Shown piece by piece: positions 10,786-24,575 of a stretch of DNA of 64,000 bases. The notes below the pieces were generated by a model that was given only the letters and a program-made list of their open reading frames with translations, was not told the origin of the DNA and ran no database searches. A program made the translations under genes and the position numbers. Location of the stretch: NCBI RefSeq assembly GCF_001194135.2, contig NC_068982.1:157150506-157214505 (forward strand), read 5' to 3'. Source of the stretch: Octopus bimaculoides (Eukaryota). Every line of letters starts with the position of its first letter. Within the stretch, counting starts at the first letter, position 1.

Positions 10786-12007
10786 TAAGCTAAATTTGAT
10801 CTTATTTGTGTGGCTACTACTTGACTGAAAATCATAAGTAATCCTTTGGTCGTTTGCAATGCTCATCTCAACAAGAGCCCAATCACGAGAGAACTTTGCG
10901 AAGAGAATTCTAAGTTGTAGCGAGGACTACCGGCCAATGAGCTTCACATTCAACCTACATGTATTAATTTTAACAAGTCTGCCACGCACAGTTACAATAG
11001 ACAACAACATTCTTTAAATATCAATATACTGCATGAAGACAGGTCGCAGAATTGAAAAATGTGCTTTTAGATTATTATGTTTGAAATGAAAATATAGGCA
11101 GAGCGATCACTTCTTGATTTTCTTTGATCTGGACAACAGAGTATGACTGGTTGCTCAGGATATCCAGTAAAAAGAATGAAGAAATGTTTAAGACAATTAT
11201 TATTTTTTTTTGTCAGTTACTTCGAGAAACATAACAGGCGATAAAATACTCATATAAACACCTAAGAAAAATATTCATTTCATATTCATTCGTACATTTA
11301 TGCATTTATTCAGTTGAGGATGGATAGAGTATTGTTTCTATTTAGTTACCTTTTTTTTTGCTAACTATATTTATATACATCCGAATATAGATGATATTAA
11401 GAAATAACGTGAGCAGCCTTTGTGTGCCATCAAATGACTAACGTGATTTTCCTGATGTGTCGTGTGTCTATTTGTGTCAATGTATGTCAGATTGCACAAA
11501 TAGCAATCAGAAAGCAATACTTACACGTTCAATACAATAGAGGTTTCTTCTATAAACGACATATTCACTTTTTAACGTTTACTTATCATTTACGACAATG
11601 CACATGATATCTATAAACATATTTACTTATATTTCACCTAAATACGGTTTGTTGTGTATTTGTCAAAACCTCTGCTCAATGATTGCCTTTCAATATACAC
11701 AATAATATTCATTTACGGAAATCAAAGCATATCATTTGCTTTTTTATTGTCCAAATATTTATAGAAAATGTAAGGTGGTTACAGGTTTTGCTTAATGATT
11801 AGATTGTTGGACAAAGGACTTGTACTGATTGTTTATAAGTCACCATTAACTCTGACACGAAATATATATTTGTGTGTCCAAATCTTTTATTTCAAGATCA
11901 GTTGTCGTATTGCTGTATACATAGAGAGAAACGTGTGGGCGGCAAACTATATCTCTCATTTCTTTCAGGTATATACTAATATAAACTCAAGTCTATATGT
12001 ACAAACA

Positions 12008-12046
<39 letters not shown>

Positions 12047-12232
12047 CAAGATCAGTTGTCGTATTGCTGTATACATAGAGNNNNNNNNNNNNNNNNNNNN
12101 NNNNNNNNNNNNNNNNNNNNNNNNNNNNNNNNNNNNNNNNNNNNNNNNNNNNNNNNNNNNNNNNNNNNNNNNNNNNNNNNNNNNNNNNNNNNNNNNNNNN
12201 NNNNNNNNNNNNNNNNNNNNNNNNNNNNNNNN

Positions 12233-12272
<40 letters not shown>

Positions 12273-12467
12273 CTCATGTTGTTGTTTACATACCAGGCAA
12301 CAGTAAAACATGACATTAACTTATGCGTTTACAATAAGGTGACAATATGTTACAAATTAGCACTTATGCGCAAAAGTATGCATAGGACTTGCGAGACATC
12401 CGCATTATTATCATCGCCTATTATCACCTCTATCGATTTCCTCTCCTTCGTCTGAAATACTTCGTCG

Positions 12468-12512
<45 letters not shown>

Positions 12513-12749
12513 CCACCATCATCGATAATTGTCGTCGTCGTCGTCAAATTCATCATCGCTAAGTTTTTTTTTTTATGAATACAATGTAGGAACAATGTTG
12601 TGAAAGCCTAAGATTTAGAGCTTTATTTCAGACATAAAATGCTGCAGAAATAGATCACGTTTAAATCATAACAGCATCAACAAGAATACTTTACATATCT
12701 ATGTTGACGGCATATCCTATTTCCTTAAATACTTTAATCAGAATCTTCT

Positions 12750-12815
12750 TAAAGGCGATGCTTCAGCATGGCCACAGTCAAATGACTGAAACAAGTAAAA
12801 GAATCGAAGAATAAA
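12750..12815 (+). mobile_element. SINE family A 3' tail fragment
   Basis: AAGGCGATGCTTCAGCATGGCCACAGTCAAATGACTGAAACAAGTAAAAGA matches the family A 3' terminus. Confidence 0.75.
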
Positions 12816-13372
12816 TGTATCCAGCTTCAGATCAACACAGTTTCTCGATAGAATCAGGTCATTGCTCCGATATAAACCCCAATCCAATTCAGAAAGCTTC
12901 CCTTCCAATAAATCTACAGCCCATGGCCCTATAATTTCAATAACCCAACAACATCATAAGCTTACATACATTGAACAAATCATACACGAATTTGTCAATC
13001 TATGTTTCATTATCTAAAAGCATGTATGATTTTCTTGTGTTCATATTTATATGAATGTCGGCCTTTCTTGTATCAAAGATTGTTTCGAAAATTCTACGAT
13101 CTTCATGCAAAAAATTTGATTATTAAAGTATAAAATTCAGTTACATTACACTGCTGAATCTAGAGTCCAACCAAATATAACATTCTAGGATTTGTAGTGA
13201 ATTGCACCAAAATCTTTTGGAAGAACCTTATTTTACTTTGGAAATGATTTGCATTAAATTATTCTAATATAATATAGAAGGGATTGTTTCTCTTACGACA
13301 GTTGGCCATGAGGAGCAATTCATGAGTATGACGTACTCCAGCTGTGATCTCTTAAACTATCTCCATTAACTG

Positions 13373-13417
<45 letters not shown>

Positions 13418-13789
13418 GTGTGTGTGTGTGTAAACCTATATATATACATAAATATGTGTGTGTATATATATATATANNNNNNNNNNNNNNNNNNNNNNNN
13501 NNNNNNNNNNNNNNNNNNNNNNNNNNNNNNNNNNNNNNNNNNNNNNNNNNNNNNNNNNNNNNNNNNNNNNNNNNNNNNNNNNNNNNNNNNNNNNNNNNNN
13601 NNNNNNNNNNNNNNNNNNNNNNNNNNNNNNNNNNNNNNNNNNNNNNNNNNNNNNNNNNNNNNNNNNNNNNNNNNNNNNNNNNNNNNNNNNNNNNNNNNNN
13701 NNNNNNNNNNNNNNNNNNNNNNNNNNNNNNNNNNNNNNNNNNNNNNNNNNNNNNNNNNNNNNTATATATATATATATATATATATGACT

Positions 13790-14771
13790 ATATGACCAAT
13801 TTCAAAAGTAAAACCAGTCAATTCTGCGGTATTCCCAAGATACACAAAAGTGAGAAAATAAGTAACGCATGCAGGATAGCCACAGACATAATAATCAATG
13901 ACCTCAAATTAAGACCTATGATAGCAGGTCCCGCATGCAAAATTCACCGCCACAGTAACTGTTTAGATACCCTCTCAAAACCATTCCTCAAGCATGTAAA
14001 AAGCTACATAAGGGATGATCTGGATATGCTCAATTATCTTCCAGAAACAATAAACAAAAAGACCCTACTAGTACCCTACGATGTAGTCAACCTCTATTCC
14101 AGTATCCTCCACAACCTGGTTAGAAAATTACGCCAACGAGCTCCCACATCGCATCAAAAAAGAATTCGGGATAGAAGGGCTAAAATTTATCTTCAAAGAC
14201 AACTTCTATCGACAAAAATCGGGGACTGCGTTGGGTACGAGAATGGCCTCCCTCCTTTGCTAATCTAGTCATGGTATATCTAGAAACTAGTCTTTTTCGT
14301 AAGGTTCTAGAAAAATAGGGCAGCCCATTCTCCCTCTACATAAAAAATAACTGGAAAAGATACCTGGATGACTGTTTCATTCTTTGGCATGTCAGTTTCA
14401 TTGAGGGATCAGTGTACTCCTTCAAATAGGGACAACGTTTCACAGTGAAAAGCATCTTCAGATGTACTTCGGAGAACCTGATATACGCACTAACCTGCTC
14501 TGGTTGTCAAGAGCAATACATAGGCCAAACAAAAAAAAACAGTCTACGTCAAAGGGTAGCTCTGCATAGATCCCACATCAAAATTCCAAGAAACAGAAGA
14601 GTAGCATTCAGCCAGCACATTGACATTTGCGCCACTAACAAAAATTCTAGCTTCAGAATTTTTCCCCTCTATCAATTCAGGGATGATACAACTTGTAGCC
14701 AACGAATTAGTAAAGAGTCCCTCTTTATTACAAAATATAGACCCCTTTTGAAAACATCCACAACAAAATGA
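13790..14771 (+). mobile_element. Penelope-like element 1 (RT + GIY-YIG endonuclease), internally deleted and inactive
   Basis: RT motifs FCGIPKIHKS, LRPMIAGP, YDVVNLYSSI and WKRYLDDCFILW (YLDD at 14361-14372). After a deletion, ORF 14445-14771 carries LIYALTCSGCQEQYIGQT..LRQRVALHRSH (GIY-YIG). Confidence 0.93.
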
Positions 14772-14796
14772 CATCCACCACGACCTTAGAATAAAC

Positions 14797-15200
14797 ACAC
14801 ACGCAAATGTTAAAAATGATGCATTCAAAAGAGATACCCAAGAATTAATTAAAAAACAGTCCCAATCACTGCTATAATCCACAACGATCCACTTTTAGGT
14901 CATTTAACCACTTAACATCCTACTACTATCCTACCATCGTGAATTCTATTATTATTCTGTCTCCTTCTTCTTCTTCGTCTTCTTCTTCGTCTTCTTCTTC
15001 GTCTTCTTCTTCCTCTCCGCCACCTCCTTTCTTACTTTACTACTACTGCTGTTAAGAATAACACTTACGCAAATATTATAAACAATACGTTCAAAAGAGA
15101 TATCTCAAGAATTCAGTCACTACTACTATCCACCACAACAAGTCACTTTCAGGGTACTTGACCATTTAACATACTACTACTGTCATAGCACTCCCACATT
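14797..15200 (+). repeat. Diverged ~140-bp direct repeat downstream of Penelope-like element 1
   Basis: 14797-14945 and 15061-15195 share ACGCAAAT..TTCAAAAGAGATA..CAAGAATT..CAGTC..CACTTT..AACAT.CTACTACT. They are separated by (CTT)/(TAC) repeats. Confidence 0.65.
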
Positions 15201-15205
15201 ATTTT

Positions 15206-15325
15206 TTCTTCTTCTTCTTCTTCTTCTTCTTCTTCTTCTTCTTCTTCTTCTTCTTCTTCTTCTTCTTCTTCTTCTTCTTCTTCTTCTTCTTCTTCTTCTT
15301 CTTCTTCTTCTTCTTCTTCTCCTTC
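15206..15325. repeat. Long (CTT)n microsatellite (~37-40 units)
   Basis: Directly visible. It produces the poly-E and poly-K pseudo-ORFs. Confidence 0.95.
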
Positions 15326-15628
15326 TCCTTCAACTGTATATACAGAGAGAGAGATGAGAGAGAGAGAGAGAGAGAGAGAGATACGTACATACATACATAC
15401 GTACATATATATGTACATACATACATACAGGCATATATACATACATACGTGAATACATACATATCGTCTATTATTCCTTACAATGTTTTTATTATTATTC
15501 TTTGTCATTTCCTTAAATATTTACATGTCTTTTATACTACACTGCATGCCATGTACTTAGCTCACCCCAATTCTTCTTTCACTCTCATGTCTCGTTCTCT
15601 CATCTTTCTAACTACTCTTCTACACGTT

Positions 15629-15671
<43 letters not shown>

Positions 15672-17183
15672 GCACACACGCACACCATATTTGTGTTATG
15701 CATTTGTCTGTCTCGCATATCAGTACGCGTGTATATTTGTATGTATGGACTGATGACTCGATGTATGGTTGTAACGCTAAATAGATAGGTGGATGGCTTT
15801 GGAGGTATGTATTTAGGCATGCATGTATACATGAAAGCCAAGTAACCATAAATCTTTCAATGAGGGTACTTTTGAATCAGTCTGTTCTTTTTAAACTGTC
15901 TCTGTCTTTCCCTGTCACGCTATCTCTCTACCTATGCATTCATCCAGCATTCATGCAAACGTTCATGCACACACACACACACACACATACAGCGTCATAC
16001 ACACAAACACAAAAACAAGTATGCATAAGTACAATTCTACATATTCACACTCACAATTTCAGTCATATGCACGCATAAAGACATAAGACATCGGCTGGCA
16101 CAAAACGTTATAGATTCGGATGGAATGTTTTACGCTCGTCATTTCAGTTCTCTGCACTTCGAATTATAATCTGAATGATCTCAAATTTGAGTTTTTATTT
16201 CATGATCGATAAGTGAAAAACCAGTCAGGTTCTTGGGTCTTTTCGTTTTCCTTAATTTGTTACTTTGTTTCTTTCTTTTTCTTACATTCCTTCTTTCATT
16301 ATTAATATTTGTATTTATTTATTTCTTTTATTTATTTCACTATCATCTACGCTGTCATTCTCTCTCTCTCTCTCTCTCTCTCTGGAATAAATCGTATGTG
16401 TTGAAATTTAGAAACGCAATCATAAACATCGTGTATGTATATATATGTATGTATGTATGTATGTATATATATNNNNNNNNNNNNNNNNNNNNNNNNNNNN
16501 NNNNNNNNNNNNNNNNNNNNNNNNNNNNNNNNNNNNNNNNNNNNNNNNNNNNNNNNNNNNNNNNNNNNNNNNNNNNNNNNNNNNNNNNNNNNNNNNNNNN
16601 NNNNNNNNNNNNNNNNNNNNNNNNNNNNNNNNNNNNNNNNNNNNNNNNNNNNNNNNNNNNNNNNNNNNNNNNNNNNNNNNNNNNNNNNNNNNNNNNNNNN
16701 NNNNNNNNNNNNNNNNNNNNNNNNNNNNNNNNNNNNNNNNNNNNNNNNNNNNNNNNNNNNNNNNNNNNNNNNNNNNNNNNNNNNNNNNNNNNNNNNNNNN
16801 NNNNNNNNNNNNNNNNNNNNNNNNNNNNNNNNNNNNNNNNNNNNNNNNNNNNNNNNNNNNNNNNNNNNNNNNNNNNNNNNNNNNNNNNNNNNNNNNNNNN
16901 NNNNNNNNNNNNNNNNNNNNNNNNNNNNNNNNNNNNNNNNNNNNNNNNNNNNNNNNNNNNNNNNNNNNNNNNNNNNNNNNNNNNNNNNNNNNNNNNNNNN
17001 NNNNNNNNNNNNNNNNNNNNNNNNNNNNNNNNNNNNNNNNNNNNNNNNNNNNNNNNNNNNNNNNNNNNNNNNNNNNNNNNNNNNNNNNNNNNNNNNNNNN
17101 NNNNNNNNNNNNNNNNNNNNNNNNNNNNNNNNNNNNNNNNNNNNNNNNNNNNNNNNNNNNNNNNNNNNNNNNNNNNNNNNNNN

Positions 17184-17225
<42 letters not shown>

Positions 17226-17588
17226 CATACACACACACAGCCATATAGCAGGATACGTATATACATATATGTGTGTGCCTGTGTGTGTATGGATGTATTG
17301 ATTGTTGGGTAAATTAACATATATACATATATAAATGTTTATATATATACACACATATACACGTATACTCATTTACAGACACATACGTGAGAGTATGTAT
17401 GTGAAAATACGCAGGTACAGGTATACACACATACAATCAACATATCACAGTATCCATGTTACCATCAATAATCTATCGATACGAATTATCCATTTGTTCA
17501 AAAGTATATGTTACAATATCAGTCACTGTATTATAACAATCAGTGAATGGTTCAACTAAAGACCTGAAGGCATTAAAAAGCCTATGTG

Positions 17589-17649
<61 letters not shown>

Positions 17650-18188
17650 ATCCCTATTCTTATATATATCACATATATATGATATATATATATATATATA
17701 NNNNNNNNNNNNNNNNNNNNNNNNNNNNNNNNNNNNNNNNNNNNNNNNNNNNNNNNNNNNNNNNNNNNNNNNNNNNNNNNNNNNNNNNNNNNTATACATA
17801 ACGAATCTATAACGTTTATATATATATATATATATGAATGTATATATATATATATAAATATATATCCACACACGCATACATTTTATATATGTGTATATAT
17901 ATGTAATTATATAAAATATAGAATTATATCTATCTATCTATTTATTATCTATCTATCTATCTATATATATATGTATATGTATACATGCATATATGCACAC
18001 ACACGCACACACACACACATATATATGTACTTATGCATGTATACATACATGTATACTTATATGCAATTTAACAACAAAAAATACATTCTTGAAGCAAATT
18101 TGAGGAGTATACATTAGTGAGCCGATATAAACGAATGGATGAATTGTCAGTGTTCAAGAAACCTATATATATACATATATATATGTGT

Positions 18189-18224
<36 letters not shown>

Positions 18225-19098
18225 GCGTGTGTATATGCTTGTGTATATGCTTGTATATATATACATATATATATATANNNNNNNNNNNNNNNNNNNNNNN
18301 NNNNNNNNNNNNNNNNNNNNNNNNNNNNNNNNNNNNNNNNNNNNNNNNNNNNNNNNNNNNNNNNNNNNNNNNNNNNNNNNNNNNNNNNNNNNNNNNNNNN
18401 NNNNNNNNNNNNNNNNNNNNNNNNNNNNNNNNNNNNNNNNNNNNNNNNNNNNNNNNNNNNNNNNNNNNNNNNNNNNNNNNNNNNNNNNNNNNNNNNNNNN
18501 NNNNNNNNNNNNNNNNNNNNNNNNNNNNNNNNNNNNNNNNNNNNNNNNNNNNNNNNNNNNNNNNNNNNNNNNNNNNNNNNNNNNNNNNNNNNNNNNNNNN
18601 NNNNNNNNNNNNNNNNNNNNNNNNNNNNNNNNNNNNNNNNNNNNNNNNNNNNNNNNNNNNNNNNNNNNNNNNNNNNNNNNNNNNNNNNNNNNNNNNNNNN
18701 NNNNNNNNNNNNNNNNNNNNNNNNNNNNNNNNNNNNNNNNNNNNNNNNNNNNNNNNNNNNNNNNNNNNNNNNNNNNNNNNNNNNNNNNNNNNNNNNNNNN
18801 NNNNNNNNNNNNNNNNNNNNNNNNNNNNNNNNNNNNNNNNNNNNNNNNNNNNNNNNNNNNNNNNNNNNNNNNNNNNNNNNNNNNNNNNNNNNNNNNNNNN
18901 NNNNNNNNNNNNNNNNNNNNNNNNNNNNNNNNNNNNNNNNNNNNNNNNNNNNNNNNNNNNNNNNNNNNNNNNNNNNNNNNNNNNNNNNNNNNNNNNNNNN
19001 NNNNNNNNNNNNNNNNNNNNNNNNNNNNNNNNNNNNNNNNNNNNNNNNNNNNNNNNNNNNNNNNNNNNNNNNNNNNNNNNNNNNNNNNNNNNNNNNNN

Positions 19099-19130
<32 letters not shown>

Positions 19131-19776
19131 CATGTATATGTGGATATGTGCATACTTTCTAGATACATACATGCTTTTATATGCATTGGAATATATAGAC
19201 ACATGCGTATACTTGTGTCAACTTCATCATTGTATTATATATTATTACTTATATTCATTTCACTTTTGAAGACCTCACCTGCCTCTCGAATGAATTCGTT
19301 CATTTTCTTGGATACAAACGTTAATGCCACACACAAGAATACTCTTACATACACACACACACATATATATATATATGTATATATTCACACAGAATTACAT
19401 GCATATTATATATCATTTTATATTTAGGCACACCTGTAATTCGCATATATAGAAATAACCATATACATGTAGATTATAGATGCCTAACTAGAAATCTATA
19501 CAAACGTACACGTTCTCACTTATGCAGATAAGTATTCATCTACATGTATAGAATACTTTTTAATCAGTTTCGACACTGTGTTAATTTTATTTTTGTTCAC
19601 AACCGTTATATTTTCGACCATTTTGGAAAATTCTTGAACATTTTGGAAATAATACATACAACTTGTATTGCTTGTATTGCCAATAATTAGTCGTCACTGA
19701 GAAAAAAATAACACCAACAAAAAGCAACCAAAATGCGCGGGCTTCAAACCTCATATATACATACTTACATACCTAC

Positions 19777-19817
<41 letters not shown>

Positions 19818-19927
19818 ACACACACACATGCACACACACACACACACACGTACACACACACATATATATGGATTTATGTCAATATGAAGAGTTACAGAAA
19901 GAAGGAGAAAGAGGGAGAGAGAGAGAA

Positions 19928-19997
<70 letters not shown>

Positions 19998-20107
19998 TGA
20001 TAGAGTAGTTTTAGAAAGTTTAGTAACTTTTTAGACTTCTAAAATAAGTTGTGCCAGTAACGGTATGCCTATATATGTGCGTGTGTGTGTGCGTGTGTGT
20101 ATTTGAG

Positions 20108-20146
<39 letters not shown>

Positions 20147-21640
20147 GTGCGTATGAAGAAACGAAAGTACGGAGCATACAACACACATGATGGTAATAAT
20201 GTACATTTACTAACAGTTTGACTCACCTACACATCGAGACCCGCATCGAGGAGATATGCTGAGATAATAAAGCTATGACAAAAATAAAGGGTAGCAAGCA
20301 AAATGTGATCCTGTTGCAATGAGATGCTTTTTTCTACGGGCCAGTCTCTCTGCAGAGCTTACATGATCAGCCTCATAGGCACTAGTAAGCGGAAGAACAC
20401 CAGGCTGGACATAAAGGTAGCAGAGGTTGTTTCTGTGTGACTGAGTCAGGGAGTGCAATCCTTTGATAAACAAGCTCCTGAATGTAAATGTTCAATATCT
20501 GTGGCATTTAATAAATGTTTCCAACAATATTAACATCCATTTCTTTTTATGATTGTTTCATTTATATATATATAAAGGGATATGTAATCTTGGCGGTTAC
20601 CGTTTTTATCCGAAATCGGTTTTGTACGCCGACTAACCAGCCACTGCTAATGTTGGTCCACGAAAGAATGCTGTAAATAACTGTTTAATAAAATCATAGA
20701 CGTGGAAAATCCCTGTTCCCTGATTATTATCAATACTATATATATATATATATCTATATATATATATATAAAGGTAGCTAATTAGCAACTTTTCTGCCTA
20801 AATCGATTGAGGGCGCTATTCAGCACCAATATTACTAGAAATAAGAGTTCAGACTACTCGTAGTCACAATAAACGCCATGTTGTTGACTGATAATTATGT
20901 GTGATTTGAACCAAATATAATTGCTAGACCTCTTATAGTGAGTGACTGAGCTTTGTCACCACGACCATTAGAAACAGTGAGAATAAAGATAGGTTTTAAC
21001 TACTTTGGAACTTTATGACAGATTGACTACTCGAATAACTCTGTTTCCCAGATCTGGTTGAATTCATGCAGACTCGTCACTCGGGTATTGCTAATCCATT
21101 TCTCTTTCCTTTTTTTCTACACCCTCTTCTTATGTTGAACCCCTTCCTAGGTTTTGTGCTGACCCAATCTTTCCTTCCTTCCCACCAAGGTTAATTCTTT
21201 AAATGCTTGCAACGGTTCAAGAAAAACTTTCATGGTGCAGGTCTATAATATAGGATGGCTTACGAAAGATATGAGTACGACTTTTTCCTCAAGACTCAGA
21301 AAATGAAAGAGAAAATAAATTCGTGTATGAGGTAGAAATCTTTATTCACATGAACGTACAGAGTCTTCGTGGCTTTAAATGTAGACACCGAAGTGCCGTT
21401 CAGTTTCCTAATGCAACTAATGTGAGCATAATTCTTCATAGTAGCAATGATGTTAGCCACATAGATTATTTTAATAACGACGATTAATGCATAGACAGTA
21501 CTTTTCATTACTTCCTTTTTGAATAATTTCTCAATGATTAATTTCTCAATCATTATGTGTGTGTATGTGTGTATACATATATGTATACATACATGTGTGT
21601 ATAGATGGTTTATGTGTGTGCATATATGTATATATATATA

Positions 21641-21721
<81 letters not shown>

Positions 21722-21740
21722 GTATATATATGTATGTATG

Positions 21741-21792
<52 letters not shown>

Positions 21793-22127
21793 CTTGTGGG
21801 TGTGTATATGTATGTATATAGTAACACACACACACGAACCGAGAACACACGCACACATGTATTTAAATATATATTTCTTAATGGATTAATTAATTGATTG
21901 ATCTAATGTAGATAAGATCTTGGGTTTGTTTAATTTTGTAATTAGCATTTCACATGCATATATACATGAATATATGTGCCTGTATATTTATTTATGCATG
22001 TATGTACACAAAGACACGTACACAAACCTATGTACATATGTATGTGTGTGCGTATCAACCTGTGTTTGTGTGTGTATGTGTATGAATGTGAGAGTGTTTA
22101 TTAGTGTGTGTGTGTCTATATGTATAC

Positions 22128-22356
22128 TCTCTTTATTCTCTTTTACTCTTTTACTTGTTTCAGTCATCTGACTGCGGTCATGTTGGAGCACCGCCTTAAG
22201 TCGAGCAAATCGACCCCGGGACTTAATCTTTGTAAGCTTAGTACTTATTCTATCGGTTTCTTTTGCCGAACCGCTAAGTTACGGGGACATAAACACACCA
22301 ACATCGGTTGTCAAGCAATGCTAGGGGGACAAACACAAACACAGAACCATACACAC
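22128..22356 (-). mobile_element. SINE family A 3' half (head presumably in N gap)
   Basis: Aligns closely to 1906-2120. Confidence 0.85.
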
Positions 22357-22780
22357 NNNNNNNNNNNNNNNNNNNNNNNNNNNNNNNNNNNNNNNNNNNN
22401 NNNNNNNNNNNNNNNNNNNNNNNNNNNNNNNNNNNNNNNNNNNNNNNNNNNNNNNNNNNNNNNNNNNNNNNNNNNNNNNNNNNNNNNNNNNNNNNNNNNN
22501 NNNNNNNNNNNNNNNNNNNNNNNNNNNNNNNNNNNNNNNNNNNNNNNNNNNNNNNNNNNNNNNNNNNNNNNNNNNNNNNNNNNNNNNNNNNNNNNNNNNN
22601 NNNNNNNNNNNNNNNNNNNNNNNNNNNNNNNNNNNNNNNNNNNNNNNNNNNNNNNNNNNNNNNNNNNNNNNNNNNNNNNNNNNNNNNNNNNNNNNNNNNN
22701 NNNNNNNNNNNNNNNNNNNNNNNNNNNNNNNNNNNNNNNNNNNNNNNNNNNNNNNNNNNNNNNNNNNNNNNNNNNNNNNN

Positions 22781-22820
<40 letters not shown>

Positions 22821-23871
22821 CAGAGACAGAGACAGAGGGAGAGAGAATGCGTGCACTTGAGATATCTTCTATGCACTTTTTTGTCAGTTTCTTTTGTTGC
22901 TAAATAGCAGTTACATTAAAAAGTCAAAAGAACAATTTTCACCAAACTGTAAATAACACGTGACTGTTGAATTACTGAGGAGAATACCTCCTCAGGTTTC
23001 ACTTCGCTGAATGTTAATGACATTTCAGGAATATTTCAAATCATTCTGTTGTGTTATTTATGCGTTATTACTGATAAAAAAATGATTAATTTTGCTACAT
23101 TTTAGCACATGCAACGCGTATTTAATTTGTTAAAAAGACACTCCCTACAGTTCGTAACAAAAGTCATCGAATAAAAGTAAGTTAGCGCTAGCATAATTTT
23201 TTTTTATATATACAATACATTAACTAGATAACTAGACATAATAACCTGTTTATGAAAGACCGATATGAATCAATAATTACTACTGCGTTCGTTTGCGGGA
23301 AAAATACAGGAGTAAACTTCAGTTAGTTTTGTACTTATGGCGTTATCACAAAGCAAAAATTGTGTTTTACTTGCGAATAAATGGTGAATGGATCACGAAA
23401 TAAATGTTCAACGATATAGACTTAAACGTATCAGGGAGTTTGATGTTCCTATGCCAATAAATATATGATGTTGGATATTCTGATATTGGTAATTTCTTGA
23501 ATCTGGCTTATCTGAATTATTCAAGTTATTGTTGATTTTGGGTTTAATTTGTAGTCCCACATCAGCCCTTATCGACGAGTTCCTCATCCAAGTATTCCAA
23601 TCCGTGTCCATCGGGGTTGTTCATTAAGGCACATTTTATTCACGATTATGTAATATACGCGTGTTTCTGTATCTAAATTGTGATTTGATTTGAAGAGAAA
23701 TATGGTTCCTATTCCCGTAGATGCTAATTGTACTCCGTTATTGCAGAAGTTTTTAAACGCACATTTTGCACCCGGGGTTCAAAACTATTGACAGTGTAAG
23801 CGAATTAATGTAAACCTATTTGAAATAATTTATACTTAACTAAACAAACTATAGTTATATATCGAAGATAG

Positions 23872-23941
23872 ATAAATAGATAACTCGCTAGGTAGGTAGG
23901 TAGGTAGGTAGGTAGGTAAGATAAATAGATAGATAGCTCGC

Positions 23942-23980
<39 letters not shown>

Positions 23981-24075
23981 GCAGGTAGCTAACTAGCTAG
24001 CTAGCTAGATAGATAGATAAATAGATCTAGAGGGATAGAGATAAATAGATCTAGAGGGATAGAGATAAATAGATA
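23872..24075. repeat. Compound tetranucleotide array (TAGA/TAGG/TTAG/CTAG) with a 24-bp higher-order duplication
   Basis: Directly visible. AGATAAATAGATCTAGAGGGATAG occurs twice in tandem at ~24015-24063. Confidence 0.85.
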
Positions 24076-24575
24076 GAGCGAGAGAATACATAAAAGAAAG
24101 GGCTAATTCTGAGGTAAGGAGGTGAACTCAGTACCGGGCATTTGATTTCTTGAATGGACACAATGTGACCCATTATCATCGAGGAATATAATCGCTCATA
24201 TCAGACCGAAAGTCTGACTGGTAATTATGTATCGTCTTCGAAAAGGCCAAACATAAATTTCACATCGGTGACAATTCATCTGAGAACATAAAAATATAAT
24301 TGAATATCATAAAGTAGTTTGTACTCTGCACTACTGAATCTGTAAATCTTTCACTCTCCAGCTGTATAAGTTTTAGAATTCGTAGCAAATTCTTCAATAC
24401 CTTCTATGTTTATAGTATGTGATTGTCATGCCTCTTTCAGTAGTTAGTTGTAACACCTACTGTGTAGAATGGACATTTCCAATGTTAAGTGTATTCTTGT
24501 CTGCTGATATAATACTGAGAGGATGTTTACTTCTCACTTCTCGGATGGATGTTGCAATATAACTTTCAGATTGGT

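Noticed and set aside
10920-11060. EDYRPMSFT peptide resembling RT domain 1
   Set aside because: It is an isolated short match with no further RT motifs in order.
11889-12080. 37-38 bp exact direct repeat (TTTCAAGATCAGTTGTCGTATTGCTGTATACATAGAG) resembling a CRISPR repeat
   Set aside because: There are only two copies, the second ends at a gap edge, the spacer contains (TA)n, and the context is eukaryotic. It is likely a contig-end artefact or simple duplication.
20745-21000. TCTATATATATA start suggestive of a non-autonomous Helitron
   Set aside because: It is indistinguishable from a TA microsatellite, and no matching 3' hairpin-CTAG end was found.
22974-22995. Perfect 8-bp hairpin CTGAGGAG-AATAC-CTCCTCAG; similar small hairpins at ~24205, ~25620 and ~63945
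   Set aside because: Short inverted repeats are expected by chance in 64 kb and have no supporting context.
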